Shown: positions 51,790 to 63,658 of the stretch, in pieces
Layout: each line of letters opens with the position of its first letter
Position numbering within the stretch: the first letter of the stretch is position 1
Origin: Podarcis pityusensis
Taxonomy: Eukaryota
DNA length: 64,000 bases
Reading direction: 5' to 3' (one strand)
NCBI GenBank assembly: GCA_964106645.2
Contig: OZ067044.1
Position numbers and translations under genes: made by a program
Notes under the pieces: generated by a model
The model's database searches: none
What the model was told of the DNA's origin: nothing
What the model saw: only the letters and a program-made list of their open reading frames with translations

Positions 51790-54216
51790 CTGATGGATTG
51801 CTGCCTCCTCCGTACCTGTGTTAGAATCACCTATGAGTAACACAGGGCCTGGCTTATCCGGAGCCTGTTGTGGTGTCAGAGTATTGGTACAGCTTCCGAT
51901 TGGAAAAAGAATCTGACTTTTCCGAGAGCCTGAAGTCAGTGAAACCTCATGGCAATAAGACTGAAGAAATGCCCGGACTCCATCAATCCCCACAAACTGG
52001 GAGATGGGAGCACCATCAAAATGCACACTTCCATTGTCACACAGCTGAGAATTTTTCCATCTGCGAAGTTTCAGTGCCAGTAACACAAGGAGGAAGGCAA
52101 GGAACAAGCAGGAGACAAAAGCCACTGCAGTCACCAAGTAGAAGGTGAGATCTGACTGTGGGTCTTCAGATACTGGGACGCTGCTCAGATCAGTCAGCAT
52201 GTCAGGGATGCTGTCTGCCAAGACCACAGTGACAGTGACTGATGCCGACATTGGAGGCTGCCCATTGTCCTTCACTAAAACCACCAGGCTTTGCTTGAGA
52301 GCATCTTTCTCCAGAAAGAAGCGGGCCGTCCTGATCTCTCCCGTGTGGAGCCCCAGAGTGAAGAGCCCTGGCTCGGTGGCCTTGGTCAGCTGGTAGGAGA
52401 GCCAGGCATTCTGGCCAGAGTCCGCATCCACGGCCACCACCTTAGTGACCAGGTAGCCTGGCTCAGAGGAGCGAGGGGCCAGCTCTATCCCCGTGGAGCC
52501 ATCAGTGGGAGGGGAGGGGTACAGGATTTGGGGAGCATTGTCATTCTGGTCCAGGATGAAGAGAGTCACTGAGACGTTGGAGCTGAGTGGTGGAGAACCT
52601 CCATCCTGAGCCTTAACCAGGAACTTAATCTCCCTGATCTCTTCATAGTCAAAAGAACTCAGAGCATAGATGACCCCTGTCTCTGAGTTAATGGAGAGGT
52701 ATGAGGAGAGAGGGGAGCCAGTCACTTGACTTTCTATGATGGAATAAGTTATTCTGGAGTTCTCTTCCCAGTCTGGATCATTTGCATTTAGAGAAAAGAT
52801 GGATGCTCCTCTCTGATTATTTTCCATGAAAAATGACTTGTAATCTGATCTTGCAAAGTGAGGTGGGTTATCATTTGTGTCTAAAATGTGCAGAGCTATG
52901 ATGGTGGCTGTAGAAAGAGAAGGCATTCCATGATCAGTTACTGTGATGGTGATGTTGTAGTTTGCCACTTGTTCTCTGTCAAGGGGGCCATCTGTCACCA
53001 AACTATAAAAGTTGTCTATGGATTGTTTTAGCTGAAACGGGAGGTTTCTGGGAATTGTGCATGTGACCTCACTATTGATTCCAGAATCGTGATCTTCTAC
53101 ATTTATAATAGCAATAACTGTTCCGGTTGATGAGTTCTCCTGAATGGAGTTGGTCAGAAAGGTCACAGTTAATTCTGGCGCATTGTCATTCAGATCTGTG
53201 ACCATGATCACAACCTTTGACCTGTCACTTAGACCACCCCCATCCATGGCTTGCACCTCAAATTCATAGAAGGATGATGTCTCAAAGTCCAAGTTTCCCA
53301 TGAGGGTTATTATGCCAGTTGTTGAATTTAAAAGAAACATTTGTGAATCCTTTTTTGTGGTTTTTTTGAAGGAGTATTTCACCTCTCCGTTGATTCCTTC
53401 ATCCAGATCAGTGGCTTTGACTGCACAGAGTATGGACCCTTTGGGAATGTTCTCCTCAATGCTGATTTCATAGACTGGTTGGCTAAAAATTGGTGCGTTG
53501 TCATTTACATCTAAAACAATGACTTGAATTTGGGCAGTGCCAGTCCTGACAGGATCACCCCCATCCATAGCCATAATAATTAGATCATAAACTGGCTGTT
53601 CCTCTCTGTCCAAAGATTTTTCCAGCACCAGCTCAGCATGTTTGGGACCATTTTCTCCTGTTTGAACATCCAGAGAAAAATGCACGCTGCCTGTGAGTTG
53701 GTAATTCTGAACAGAATTTATCCCCAGATCTGGATCAGTAGCATCAGGCAGAGGAAACCGAGACCCTTTCATAGATATTTCATTAATTTTCACCTCCAGT
53801 TGTCCTGGAGGAAAGTGGGGAGCATTATCGTTTATATCAGTAACTTCCACTTCAACTCCATAAAGTTTTCTTTTACTCTCAACAATAACCTGAAAATTTA
53901 ATTTGCACTTCTCTGCCCATGCACAAATTTCTTCTCTGTCAATTCTCTCAGTGGTTTGTAAATGACCACTGTTGTAGTTCAAAGTAAAATACTGAATCAT
54001 ACCTGTTCTGGTAAGAATCCGGAGCTCGCGGTTTGAAAGATTATTTCCATCCATTCCTAGATCCTTTGCAATATTTCCCACAAAAGAGCCTTTCTGCATC
54101 TCCTCTGGAATGGAATAATGAAGTTGTGCAGAAACTGTCTTCAAAATGAGCATCAATATGAGGCATTGCAACAAGATTGTCTCTTTACAGCTCCATTGCT
54201 TCTGGTTTCCTCCCAT
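51790..54216 (-). CDS. PCDHGA: Protocadherin gamma-A-type variable exon (809 codons; unspliced stop at 51778)
   Basis: Intact 812-aa ORF with [26 protein letters not shown]. Donor CAG|GTGAGC at 51790. Confidence 0.95.
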
Positions 54217-54408
54217 TTTCTTGCAACAGGATAAATGCCACTTATTCTGGCTCAGACGTTTTTGAGTATGAAATAAATGCTGTTATTTTTTATTTAAAGT
54301 TGCTCCTATTACACTCCCTGCAATGTGTGTGCAAGTATGGTCATGCAGATATTTTCTGTTTATACAGTAGAGAATTTATGGAACTCCCAGTGTGTTCTGT
54401 AGCCAAAT

Positions 54409-54448
54409 TGGTGAACAGCGACACCCAGAGGCTCAACTGAAAACTATA
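54409..54448 (-). promoter_or_regulatory. Pcdh CSE / CTCF site (canonical CGCT)
   Basis: Minus strand ...GAGCCTCTGGGTGTCGCTGTTCACCA. Confidence 0.88.
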
Positions 54449-55432
54449 GATCGTTTAAACATAATCTTACTTTCATATTAGACAATCTGAGTCAGGGATG
54501 TGATGGACTGAAAATTCCACATCCTGTTTAATAGACCCAAGTGATATGGCGAGGCAATCTCATAATCTTCATCTGGAGTACTTTAAAAAGTTGATGCTTT
54601 TTTCTTGTGCTTGTAATGTGCATTAATATATGGGGTGTTAATTGCATTAGGAGGATTGCATTCATTATCTATTAATATAGTCATGTAAGTAGGGTTTATT
54701 GCATGTTTTATAAAGCACCCCAGGCTTATCTGCACTTAGGGTAGCAAGGTGCTCACTCAGAGAGGCTGCTTTAAATGTTTCAACAGTGCATGTGCTTATT
54801 CATAAGATAACTGCACTGTGTAGAGGGCCGTGGCCTCAGGCACCCAGCAGACCTGTTCTATGCTCTGGTGAGTGAATTTTAAAGTGGAAAGGATGGCGGG
54901 TGAGACGATTGGGGCTGGGGTGTAGCTTTTTTGGGGTGATGAGGGCTTGCTGCTGTTGTTGCTGTTGGTTTTTTGTATCTTTATTTTAGATCTTGTGATT
55001 TATGTAGAAACTGTTCAGTTTGGTTGTGTTTCATGTTTTATTATCAGTTCCATGTTTTATTTATTGTTTATGACTACTTTTGTTATGTTGTAGTTATGTA
55101 TTTTTTTATATCGTAAGCTACCTTGAGTATGGTCTGAACTGTGGAAAAGAGGCATACAAATAAAATAATGTATGTATGTGTGTGTTGGTAGAGGAAGACA
55201 TCAGAAGGCACAGCGGTTTCAGTCTCCCTCAGTATCTCAAGAGCATTTAAGAGGTCTGAGCACTTCATGGTAAATTATTTAAATATATAGGAAACAAAGC
55301 CCTGAACAACTCAGGACCTTGTTTTCTGAAAGAACTCCTGTCCCTATATACACCTGGTGGATCACTGAGATCTATTCAAAAAAGAATAAACAAAATTATC
55401 AAGGAGTACTGTACAAGCAACCCCTTCTATGA

Positions 55433-55863
55433 AGAATCATAGAATCATAGAGTTGGAAGAGACCACAAGAGCCATCAAGTCCAACCCCCTGCCAAGCAGG
55501 AAACACCATCAGAGCACTCCTGACATATGGTTGTCAAGCCTCTGCTTAAAGACCTCCAAAGAAGGAGACTCCACCACACTCCTTGGCAGCAAATTCCACT
55601 GTCGAACAGCTCTTACTGTCAGGAAGTTCTTCCTAATGTTTAGGTGGAATCTTCTTTCTTGTAGTTTGGATCCATTGCTCCGTGTCCGCTTCTCTGGAGC
55701 AGCAGAAAACAACCTTTCTCCCTCCTCTATGTGACATCCTTTTATATATTTGAACATGGCTATCATATCACCCCTTAACCTCCTCTTCTCCAGGCTAAAC
55801 ATGCCCAGCTCCCTTAGCCGTTCCTCGTAAGGCATCGTTTCCAGGCCTTTGACCATTTTGGTC
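55433..55863 (-). mobile_element. Young 5'-truncated CR1 LINE
   Basis: Open ORF2 C-terminus ([22 protein letters not shown]...[22 protein letters not shown]) and a (ATTCTATG)-type tail. Confidence 0.92.
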
Positions 55864-55864
55864 A

Positions 55865-56360
55865 AAGAAAACTTGCAGCTCTTGGGAATTTGTAGTTTAA
55901 AGAATAGCTGGGTAAGAGGTAACATGATAGAAGTTTATATAATTATGCAAAACACTAGAACGCAGGGACATCCAGTGAAGCTGAACGCTGGGAGATTCAG
56001 AACAGATAAAAGGAACTAAGTCTTCAAGCAGTGCATAGTTAAATGAAGGAACGCAAGCCCACAGGAAGCAGTGATGACAAATCGGATGGCTTTAAAAGAG
56101 GATTAGACAAATTCATGGAGGAAAGGGCTATTGAAGGCTATTACCCATAATGGTTATGCTCTGCCTCCACAGCTAGAGGCAGTAATGCTTTTGAATACCA
56201 GTTGCTGGAATCCACGGGATGCGAGGGTGCTTTTGAGCTCAGGTCCTATTTGTAGGTTTCCCACAGGTGTCTGGTTGACCACTCAGCCAGGATGCTGAAC
56301 TGCATGGGCTATTGGCCTCATCCAGCAGGTTCTTCTTATGAAATCATATTATGTTCTTAT
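55865..56360 (+). mobile_element. Older CR1 LINE 3' region (continues 5' at about 55375-55432, split by the young CR1)
   Basis: Degenerate ORF2 (aagaggtaacatgatagaagtttata, ggattagacaaattcatggagga) and the tail tcttatg...gttcttat. Confidence 0.78.
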
Positions 56361-57309
56361 AAAGTCAGAATGTTTTGCTGCTGATTCAGGGCTTGGAAAG
56401 GGTGTCGTGGACCACTATGGAACATACACTGAGTCAAGAGTCTATGTGTTGGTTATCTTTTCACTTAACAAGTCCTAGATTACTTACCTAATCTTTTCTT
56501 GTTCTCTAACCATAGGATCTGGAAATAATGGTTCTCAAAATTTGCCACTCCGATATCACTTATGATGCTTTTAATCTGCCATCCATTATTTTTTTAATGA
56601 AGATAGAATAACAATATTTGGACAGTGGGAACAGGTGTGGCTTTTTTGGCTCTAATATTTTTATACAGGTCAGCAACCCCTTACAACACCTGAGAGTCAG
56701 CAGAAAACTGACAATACAAATGATCCAAATACATGCGTTACTCCCACACTATGTCCACTTATAATCCATGCGGTAAAATACTTCTTTCACAAATCTACAG
56801 AGTATTAAACTCTCAAATGCTGCTACCATTCACAACTCTAAAGGCATGATGGGGAGGAAATCAGGAAATCAGATGATACTTTATGGGAAGAAGTGATGAG
56901 CAACTATCAGCTCTTCAAGGCAGGAGGAGGAAGCGAACACTCAACTCAGTCTTGACACTCATTCCTACCTGAATGGCACATTCCAATACTTGAGATGTGC
57001 TTGAAATTGAGAATGGCAATTTCTAAAAGGAGAGATTGTCATTCTACACCCACTTTCACCTTTTCTCGGGTGGCCGTCCTTGGCTTGGAGCCACATAGCA
57101 ATTCATGTCTTTCTGCTTCACAGCACCCACCCACCCAATGGTGTTCTGAGGAAGGGCTGGTTGTGTTGTCACATCCTGCCAGTGCAGCACCACATGGTGC
57201 AATTAAGTAGGTAGAGAGATAACTTTTAATCTTGTTGGGAATCATCACCATCAGGAGCAGGAGCAGCTCATTGTGTATATGGGCTTTAATAAAGGGAAGA
57301 TTAGTGTTT

Positions 57310-57559
57310 GAGAGTCAGTGTGGTGTAGTGGTTAAGAGCGGTAGTCTCGTAATCTGGGGAACCGGGTTCGCTTCCCCACTCCTCCACATGCAGCTGCTGG
57401 GTGACTTTGGGCCAGTCACACTTCTCTGAAGTCTCTCAGCCCCACTCACCTCACAGAATGTTTGTTGTGGGGGAGGAAGGGAAAGGAGAATGTTAGCCGC
57501 TTTGAGATTCCTTTAAGGGAGTGAAAGGCGGGATATCAAATCCAAACTCTTCTTCTTCT
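57310..57559 (+). mobile_element. tRNA-derived SINE (Squam3-like) with an L2-type tail
   Basis: A box tggtgtagtggtt, B box gggttcgcttccc, 3' gttagccgctttgag...gaaaggcgggatat and a (CTT)n end. Confidence 0.82.
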
Positions 57560-58526
57560 TTGCTATTGTTTTTTCATTCCTACCATTTGTTCATTCAAAA
57601 ATTTCCAAACTGATTTTCTCCCCCTATCTGTCCATGAATGAGAACCAGGGAGGCTTGTTTTCAGCAAACAGCAGGAAGAGAAAGAGGCAGTAGTCCTTTG
57701 CACTTCCAGTTACAACCTCCGAGTCTGCTTTTTGAGTTAAGAGAAAAAGCTCACCTGAAGATTGTTGTTGTGTATTATCTCCTGTACAATAACTAGGCTG
57801 ACTGTTACTGAAGTCTTGTTTCCCCAAAATACTATAGTGTTTTATCTAATATGATATTTTGCAGCCAAGATTATGGTGTCCTTTGGTGTTAGTTGATATT
57901 ACATATTTTCTAGTATTTGGGGGGGGTTCTCTGTACCAATATTCATAGAATCATAGAGCTGGAAGGGACCATGGCCCTGAGATTAAGAGTCTCAAGCTCT
58001 TCTAAGATATAATGACAATCATTGTCACTGAAAATGCCATGTTTTACAGCATTTCCCCATGTTTAGCCAATTAGTCAAAGCTAAAAGTTGTGATGCATGC
58101 TATCTATAATATTTTAGTATTCTTGATACCTTTGGCCTGAATCTGTTCCATTGTATTACTTCTAATTCCTGCTTCTCCTCCCCACCCCAAAATTAATTAA
58201 ATTTATATATTATTTAAGTATTGAATTAGAACTGTTAGGGGAGAAGGGAAAGATAACCCTGGTTACACATTCCTTTAATAATGCAACTTTACCAAATCAA
58301 CATGGAGTTCATTAGGACCAGGTTTCTGAATTCTTATTAATTTTGTGTGTGTGTAAGGGTTGGTAACTGTCTTTAATAACTCACTGAAATTAGAAGAAGT
58401 ATTTTAAAATATATATAATTAATTCTCCTTTGTTTCCAGGGGGTAGGATTTAGTTATCATTTCATCTTCTTTACTAGATGTGTAGTCTGACCCATAATTT
58501 TGGAACTTCGTCTCCACCCCCATCAT

Positions 58527-58826
58527 TCTGCCTGAACACTGAGGTCCAGCACCAAGGGCCTTCTGGCGGTTCCCTCACTGCGAGAAGTGAGGTTACAGGG
58601 AACCAGGCAGAGGGCCTTCTTGGTAGTGGCCCCTGCCTGTGGAACGCCCTCCCATCAGATGTCAAGGCAATAAGCGACTATCTTACTTTTAAAAGACATC
58701 TGAAGGCAGCTCTTTTTAGGGAAGTTTTTAATGTTTGATGCTGTATTGTGTTTTTAATATTCAGTTGGGAGCCACCCAGAGTGGCTGGGGAAAGCCAGTC
58801 AGATGGGCGGGGTATAAATAATATAT
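58527..58826 (+). mobile_element. L2 LINE 3' end
   Basis: ORF remnant CLWNALPSDVKAISDYLTFKRHLKAALFREVF and the tail gggagccacccagagtggctgggg...gggcggggtataaataa. Confidence 0.82.
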
Positions 58827-58859
<33 letters not shown>

Positions 58860-58884
58860 CAGCAGCAGCAGCAGCAGCAGTAGT
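58827..58884 (+). repeat. Compound (TAG)n(CAG)n microsatellite at the L2 tail
   Basis: Seen directly. Confidence 0.92.
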
Positions 58885-59585
58885 ATTATATCTAGATTTT
58901 TTCACTATACCTTTATTTGCCTGAAGGATAGTATTAGTTTAGACAATGAGATAACAATGCCATTAGTCTATAATAGTATTTATGCTCCATATTCCCAAAT
59001 CTAGTACCAAATGTCCCAGGATTTAGCCTTAGTGTTAGGCACAGAATATGGATAGGATTAAAGATAAATGTACCCCTGCCTCCCTTGCTCTCTTAGATAC
59101 AGGCGGATGGCTAGGGCAGCTCAGAAGGGCCCTTGCACAAACGCACACTCATGCAATGGTAGAAGGCTGGCGGGACAGCTTAAAGTCCACTGCTGCTACA
59201 CAGCAGACGGATTGAAGAAAAGGAAGTACGAATTAGTCCTGTAGTTAAGTCCTAACCTTGACCAATCATGGCTAAGAGCGGCTAGGAGCTGGGTGAAATC
59301 ATAGATCTTTAAAAAGTGTAGACACACTGGGGAGCTTCCATTTTGACTTGAAATGTTAGTTTGGGTGCTTCTCAGAAATATGTAAAGGCATGAAGTGGGG
59401 GGGGGGCAACCCACAATGGCGCCCACCTGAGAGGTGCCAGAACTGCACTCCAGCTGAAAAAAAGCACTGGATATCATTAACAATTAATGAAAGTAAAAAC
59501 TACACATTTTATGTTCCCTGTTACAACAATTTTTGGATATAGAGCTATTGCTGATTTGTTTTACTAATGTTATTTCATATATATG

Positions 59586-59770
59586 NNNNNNNNNNNNNNN
59601 NNNNNNNNNNNNNNNNNNNNNNNNNNNNNNNNNNNNNNNNNNNNNNNNNNNNNNNNNNNNNNNNNNNNNNNNNNNNNNNNNNNNNNNNNNNNNNNNNNNN
59701 NNNNNNNNNNNNNNNNNNNNNNNNNNNNNNNNNNNNNNNNNNNNNNNNNNNNNNNNNNNNNNNNNNNNNN
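59586..59770. other. Assembly gap (185 N)
   Basis: Run of N. Confidence 1.
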
Positions 59771-60208
59771 TAAAAGACAAAAACAAGATAAATATAGCAT
59801 TTACGTTGACCAGCACCATTGTGGCAAAGAACTGAAGCCTGAATGTATTTGATGAAAAGGGGAGCATCAATTTATAATCCCACATAAAATTGTTGACAAA
59901 AAGGGAGCATTGCATCTACAGGCATTCAGAAGGTCAACAATGGAACGTTTTCAAAAGGCAAATTTCATTGTGCACATGGTAGAGACGTACTACAGAATAT
60001 GCAAGATGACTTCACCTGGCATCAGCACTACAAGACATACCACCAAGACATAGAGTAAGAAAGACAACCTATCTGTTCTAGAGATCATTATACATTGTTA
60101 AACAATGGCAGTAGCAGCATTCAGAAAATCTTTATACTCAGGAAAGTTTCCTATGCATTTTAGAATACTGGAAGATCAAATGGGAAGTCTTGACATTTAT
60201 GTGCTCAC

Positions 60209-62632
60209 CTGATGGGTTGCTGCCTCCTCCGTAACTGTGTTAGAATCACCTATGAGTAACACAGGGCCGGGCTTATCCGGAGCCTGTTGTGGTGTCAGAG
60301 TATTGGTACAGCTTCCGATTGGAAAAAGAATCTGACTTTTCCGAGAGCCTGAAGTCAGTGAAACCTCATGGCAATAAGACTGAAGAAATGCCCGGACTCC
60401 GTCAATCCCCACAAACTGGGAGATGGGAGCACCATCAAAATGCACACTTCCATTGTCACATAGCTGAGAATTTTTCCACCTGCGAAGTTTGAGTGCCAGT
60501 AACACGAGGAGGAAGGCGAGGAACAAGCAGGAGACAAAAGCCACTGCAGTCACCAAGTAGAAGGTGAGATCTGACTGTGGGTCTTCAGATACTGGGACGC
60601 TGCTCAGATCAGTCAGCATGTCAGGGATGCTGTCAGCCAAGACCACAGTGACAGTGACTGATGCCGACATTGGAGGCTGCCCATTGTCCTTCACTAAAAC
60701 CACCAGGCTTTGCTTGAGGGCATCTTTCTCCAGAAAGAAGCGGGCCGTCCTGATCTCTCCCGTGTGGAGCCCCAGAGTGAAGAGCCCTGGCTCGGTGGCC
60801 TTGATCAGCTGGTAGGAGAGCCAGGCATTCTGGCCAGAGTCCGCATCCACGGCCACCACCTTAGTGACCAGGTAGCCTGGCTCAGAGGAGCGAGGGGCCA
60901 GTTCTATCCCCGTGGAGCCATCAGTGGGAGGAGAGGGGTACAGGATTTGGGGAGCATTGTCATTCTGGTCCAGGATGAAGAGAGTCACTGAGACGTTGGA
61001 GCTGAGTGGTGGAGAACCTCCGTCCTGGGCCTTGACCAGGAACCTCAGCTCCCTGATCTCTTCATAGTCAAAAGAACTCAGAGCATAGATGACCCCTGTC
61101 TCAGAGTTAATGGAGAGGTAGGAGGTAATAAGGAATTTGTCCATGTTCCCTTCAGTTATGGAATAACTTATTCTGGCATTTTCCTCCCAGTCTGGATCGT
61201 TTGCTTTTAAGGAAAATACTTGAGCTCCTCTTGGATTGTTCTCTGTAAAATAAGCCAAGTAAGATGGTTCTGCAAAAACAGGAGGGCTGTCATTTGTGTC
61301 TTGGATTTGAAGTAGGATAAAAGTTGACACAGAAAGTGGTGGAATTCCATGGTCAGTAGCTGTGATAGTGATGTTGTAGTCTGCTTTGTTCTCTCTGTCA
61401 AGGTTGCTTTGTGTCACCAAACTATAAAAGTTATCAAAAGACTGTTTTAGTTGGAAAGGGAGCTTACTGGGAATTGAACATGTGACCTCCCCATTGACCC
61501 CTGAATCTTCATCTTGTACATTTAGAAGGGCAATAACTGTTCCTATTGGTGAATTCTCAGAAATGGTATTGATGAAAAAGGTTATTGATAGTTCAGGTGC
61601 ATTGTCATTAACATCCGTAACAATTATCACAACTTTTGACCAGTCACTCAGCCCTCCTCCATCCTCAGCCTTCACCTCAAAGTCATAGGAGGATGATTCC
61701 TCATAATCAAGGTTTCCCATTAAGGTAATTGTACCAGTCGTTGAGTTTAAAATAAACATTTTGGAATCCTTCTTTGTGATTTTTTTGAATGAATATTTTA
61801 TCTCTCCGTTTTGTCCTTCATCCAGATCAGTAGCACTAACTGTAGCAATGCTGGACCCGTTCAGAATGTTCTCCTTGATGCTCATTTCATAGATTGGTTT
61901 GCTGAAAACAGGTGCATTGTCATTTGCATCTAAAACAATGACTTGGATGTTAGCAGTGCTGGACCTGACTGGATCGCCTCCATCAGTAGCTGTGAGGATC
62001 AGATTGAAAACAGATTGCTCTTCCCGGTCCAGATTTTTCCCCAACACCAGCTCAGCAGATTTGGCACCATTTTCTTCAACTTGCACCTCCAGAGAAAAAT
62101 GGCTACTGCCTGTGAGTTGGTAGGTCTGTATAGAATTTATCCCTAGGTCTGGATCCTGAGCTTCAGGCAGAGGGAACCGGGATCCAGCAGTAGATGCCTC
62201 ACTGATTTTCAGTTCCTGTTTCCCCGATGAGAACTGGGGAGCATTATCGTTTATATCAATAATTTCCACTTGAACCCCATAGATCTCTATTTTGCTCTCA
62301 ACTATAACATCAAAACTTAAAACACACCTTTCTGCCCTTCCACAGACTTCCTCTCTGTCTATTCTCTGAGAGGTTTGTAAATGGCCACTGTTGTAATTCA
62401 AAGCAAAATACTGACTCGTACCTGACCTGGTAACAATCCGTAGTCCGTGGTCTGAAAGATGATTTCCATCCACGCCTAGATCCTTTGCAATATTCCCCAC
62501 AAAAGAGCCTTTCTGCATCTCCTCAGGAATGGAATAATGAATCTTCCCAGAAACTATCTTCCAAGCAAGCACAATTATGAGGCATCGTAAGACCCTTTCT
62601 TTGCAGATCCACAGCTTTTGATTTTCTTCCAT
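60209..62632 (-). CDS. PCDHGA: Protocadherin gamma-A-type variable exon (808 codons; unspliced stop at 60197)
   Basis: Intact 811-aa ORF. Donor CAG|GTGAGC at 60209. Confidence 0.95.
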
Positions 62633-62824
62633 TATCTTGCAACACTATCTAGGACTCAGGAGCTTCTGGGTTTTAAATTAGTGGTTTTTAAAAAAATAAA
62701 AAATAGAAGTCTCTCTTAACAGTGCCTACAATATCTGTGCAAGTTTGATGCATCAGATATTTTGTGCTTGTGTTTAAGAATACTGTGGCTGGGTTAGCTG
62801 AATATCTGTCTTCCTGTGCCAGAT

Positions 62825-62864
62825 TAGTAAACAGCGACACTCAGAGGCTCAACTGAAAACTGGA
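62825..62864 (-). promoter_or_regulatory. Pcdh CSE / CTCF site (canonical CGCT)
   Basis: Minus strand TCCAGTTTTCAGTTGAGCCTCTGAGTGTCGCTGTTTACTA. Confidence 0.86.
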
Positions 62865-63658
62865 GATTATTTTTCCTACATTGGTAGTCCTGTATTTGCC
62901 ATTATGAAACAATTATTTTGCTTTAAGAATGGGCATAACACGAGTATAAATTTTTATAAATAAAAAATTGCCCTAAAGAAACAACATCAAACATTTAGAC
63001 TTCAGATAAATTTGTACTGGTGGTTGTTGTCGGCTATTACAATTTTTTTAAAAAATAGACTGGTGTTTTAGGCATTTATTGACAACTCTGTATAAAATAG
63101 TGCGTATAAGAGATTATTCACTTATTTTAATAAAATAGGACTAAATTCCATGCATGAACACCAATGTTAATTCATTGGCTTCAATCTTCAAAAGTCAGGC
63201 ATCAGAGCCTTGAGAGCTATTTATTCTGATGCTCCACATTAGAATATCCTTCTATCATAGTTCACTAGATGGAATTACTATCTATTAAAGCATATAGAAT
63301 TTTTGTCACTGATCTGATGTTTCCATCAGATTTGCCCAGTCTGTAGCCTAGCGACAAAGAAATAAAGGTTACTTTAAAATATGTAGAATTAGATGTGGGT
63401 CTTTTCTTCCTTAGCCTATGTAAATGTAGTTACGGTAGTTATGCTTAAACCCTTTCAGTGTAGAAATAGTTATGTCCATGGTGGAAGGAAGAAGTTTGTG
63501 TTCCAAGCTATACTGAAGGAATGGGTTTCTGTGTAGTAAGTTTAAAAACTGACTCAACCCTCCCCCCTTTTGTTCTTTCAAAAGAGAGCACTTTTAAATG
63601 CGTAAAACTTGAACTGTTGAGCAAAACCATAATAAGGACACAACTGCATAAACAGTTC

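Noticed and set aside
57310-57385. tRNA gene
   Set aside because: The A and B boxes belong to a SINE head followed by a LINE-derived tail. No convincing cloverleaf.
59410-59470. CTCF-like motif TGCAGTTCTGGCACCTCTCAGGTGGGCGCC on the minus strand
   Set aside because: Poor core register and no CSE tail. It looks like the end of a lizard MITE (ccagtgcttttttt terminus). The surrounding 59033-59482 has TG..CA ends but no TSD, so I left it unclassified.
59484-59915. ORFs spanning the poly-X region
   Set aside because: Artefacts of the N gap.
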